From Carcharhinus longimanus (lineage: Eukaryota), in the NCBI GenBank assembly GCA_030264375.1, contig JASCQW010000162.1:77556436-77620435 (forward strand): a DNA stretch of 64,000 nucleotides. The letters are read 5' to 3'. Under the pieces are notes generated by a model that was not told the origin of the DNA, searched no databases, and worked only from the letters and a program-made list of their open reading frames with translations. This document shows positions 62,083 to 64,000 of this stretch, piece by piece (within the stretch, counting starts at the first letter, position 1; every line of letters begins with the position of its first letter). Made by a program: the position numbers and the translations under genes.

Positions 62083-62262
62083 CTGGAGGTCAGCCCCTTG
62101 AAAAATGCCATCTATGTTGTGGAGAATAAAAACCAGGAGCTGCGGTCTCTCATCAGCCAGTACCAACACAAGCAGCTGCACGCCAACATTAATCTTCTTA
62201 GCATGTGTCTAAATGGAGTGATAGATGCAGCTGTCAATGGAGGAATAGCCAGATACCAAGAG
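62083..62262 (+). CDS. DOCK3: DOCK3 coding exon: LEVSPLKNAIYVVENKNQELRSLISQYQHKQLHANINLLSMCLNGVIDAAVNGGIARYQE (180 nt; includes the nucleotide-sensor AVNGG)
   Basis: ggcAG acceptor, GTAAGG donor; DOCK3-type catalytic region (LLSMCLNGVIDAAVNGGIARYQE). The gene continues beyond the window. Confidence 0.94.
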
Positions 62263-64000
62263 GTAAGGATCAGCTTGCGTAGGCTGAATTTGCAGTTGAA
62301 TACAGTGAATCAAAATCAAAATAAAAACAGAAAATGCTGTATGTACTCAGCAAGTTAAACAATAATTATGTAGATGGAATAACTTTCTACCCCTAACAGT
62401 TACTGTATTATTCAGACATGAAAATTACGAAAAACAATGAAACAACACTCAAAGCCCAAATCAAACATTAATATCTTTGGTAGGAATACCCATTAACAAT
62501 ACAATGCACCTCTTAACAATACACCTGTTAGTCCAAATAAATTACAAGGAGTTATACATCCAATCACCCAGGGAGTGGTGAACCTCCTATTGATTGCATG
62601 CTTCAGGAACTGATCAAACTCCGAGATGATGCAATGCTCACACTCCCAAATTCAGAGAAGGTGCTGCACTTACAGTACCTAACTCAAAAAGGAAAGTCTG
62701 ATAAAGGGCAAAATATCAGAATGAAGAGCTATGATTAAACTTGAGGTATTTCTGGGCTGGGAGCCAGTGTTATTCTGCAAGCACATGGGATGATGGATGA
62801 ATTCAATTTTCTGGGAGTTAGGTAATGTGCAGCAGAGTTTTAGATGAGCTGAAGGTCATTGAGGGTGAAAGAATAGAAGCTGACAAGGACATTGCCATAG
62901 TCAAGTCTGGCAAATAACACCTAAATAGAATGTAAGAACACAGAATAGACTCTCAATTTTTAAGGGGAACAACCCAAGTTTCTCTAGTCTCACCGTGTAA
63001 CTGAAGTTTTTGTATTTTCTACTATTTCAGTAAATTGCCTCTACATGCCCTTAAGGCCTTGGCATCCTTACCCAGAATTAGCCACAGTACCTCAGATGCA
63101 GCCTATGTTTATTAAGAATTAGCATAACCTCCTTAAATTGGTTCGCTATTTGAAAGGCCAAGGACCCCATAAGTCTTTCAATAGCCTTTTCTACTGTAAT
63201 GCCACCTTCCATGACTTATATAAACCAGCAGGTATCCTCTTCCTGCATCCCAGATAAAATGTTACCTTTTCGTTTATAATGTCTTCACTTATGGCCCCTA
63301 CTTCTCCCTGCTTCCACCTGACTGACATTCCTCCTCATGGTTTCTTGACCTTCCACCTCCTCTGAGTCCCTGACCTTTCTCATATCTCAATTCCTACTTT
63401 CCCCTCACCCCAGATCCCTGATCTTCCCCACGTTGATTCCCAATCTTCCCCTTTCCTGACACCCCCCTCCCAAGTTGGTGACCCTTGCTCCCACCATGAA
63501 TCCCTGACCTTGCCCCCCAATCCAATGCAAGTTTCTTACCTTCCCCCTCACCCAAAACTCCTCCTCACCTCCCCCCCCACCGCCACAACCCAAGGCCCTG
63601 ATCCTCCTTTCCCCAATTTCTTACTCCGCTCTTCTCCGAGTTCCAAGTCTTCTCCTGTCTTTCCCCCCCATTACCTCTGAGTTGCTGACTTTCCCTCAAC
63701 TACCCCCTCTTTAGAGTTCCAGGCCTTCATACCCTGCCGTCACCTCCCCACCACCCCCCCCCCAACCCCCTCCCTGAGTTCCTGCACCTTACAACCCCAG
63801 GGTCCAGGCCTTCAGCACACCACCACCTTTTTCCCACAGTTGCAATCCAATGTTTTGGCATTTGCGCTGCTGCAAAAGACGTGAGCTTGCTCAGCTCCAG
63901 AGGAGCAGCAGGTTGGTCTTTGAACTTAGCCCCTATATGGGTGCACATGTGCAAAAGCACGACTGAACAGTTGATACATCATTAAAAATAAGCGTTTTGA

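Noticed and set aside
22564-62262. DOCK4 instead of DOCK3
   Set aside because: Segments WEDRPLREFLHYP, SLSWIR and LLSMCLNGVID match DOCK3 as I recall it; a phylogeny would confirm.

Overview
Eukaryotic (vertebrate) genomic DNA with several N-gaps. The repeat content (CR1/L2 LINEs, tRNA-derived SINEs, Penelope-like elements, Harbinger DNA transposons) suggests a shark or other elasmobranch (inference). The only host gene I can support is a DOCK3-like gene on the + strand: seven consecutive in-phase coding exons (22564-62262) covering the start and catalytic part of the DHR-2 GEF domain, with one U12-type (minor spliceosome) GT-AG intron. The rest is intron, mostly transposon debris. Notable items: (1) a ~5.8 kb pol-less endogenous retrovirus-like LTR element (15007-20823, minus) with TG..CA ends, 4-bp TSD, tRNA-Lys-like PBS, PPT, decayed gag and a decayed env that looks like a lokiretrovirus/paramyxovirus-F-type fusion protein, whose gag-env junction is patched by an inverted copy of env sequence; (2) a two-gene Harbinger relic with a nested Tx1-clade retrotransposon; (3) minimal hammerhead-ribozyme motifs in Penelope-like repeats; (4) a diverged intronic duplicate of one DOCK3 exon with its acceptor intact; (5) ~230-bp direct repeats bracketing a symmetric DOCK3 exon. 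All family assignments come from recognising motifs by eye; no database search was run.
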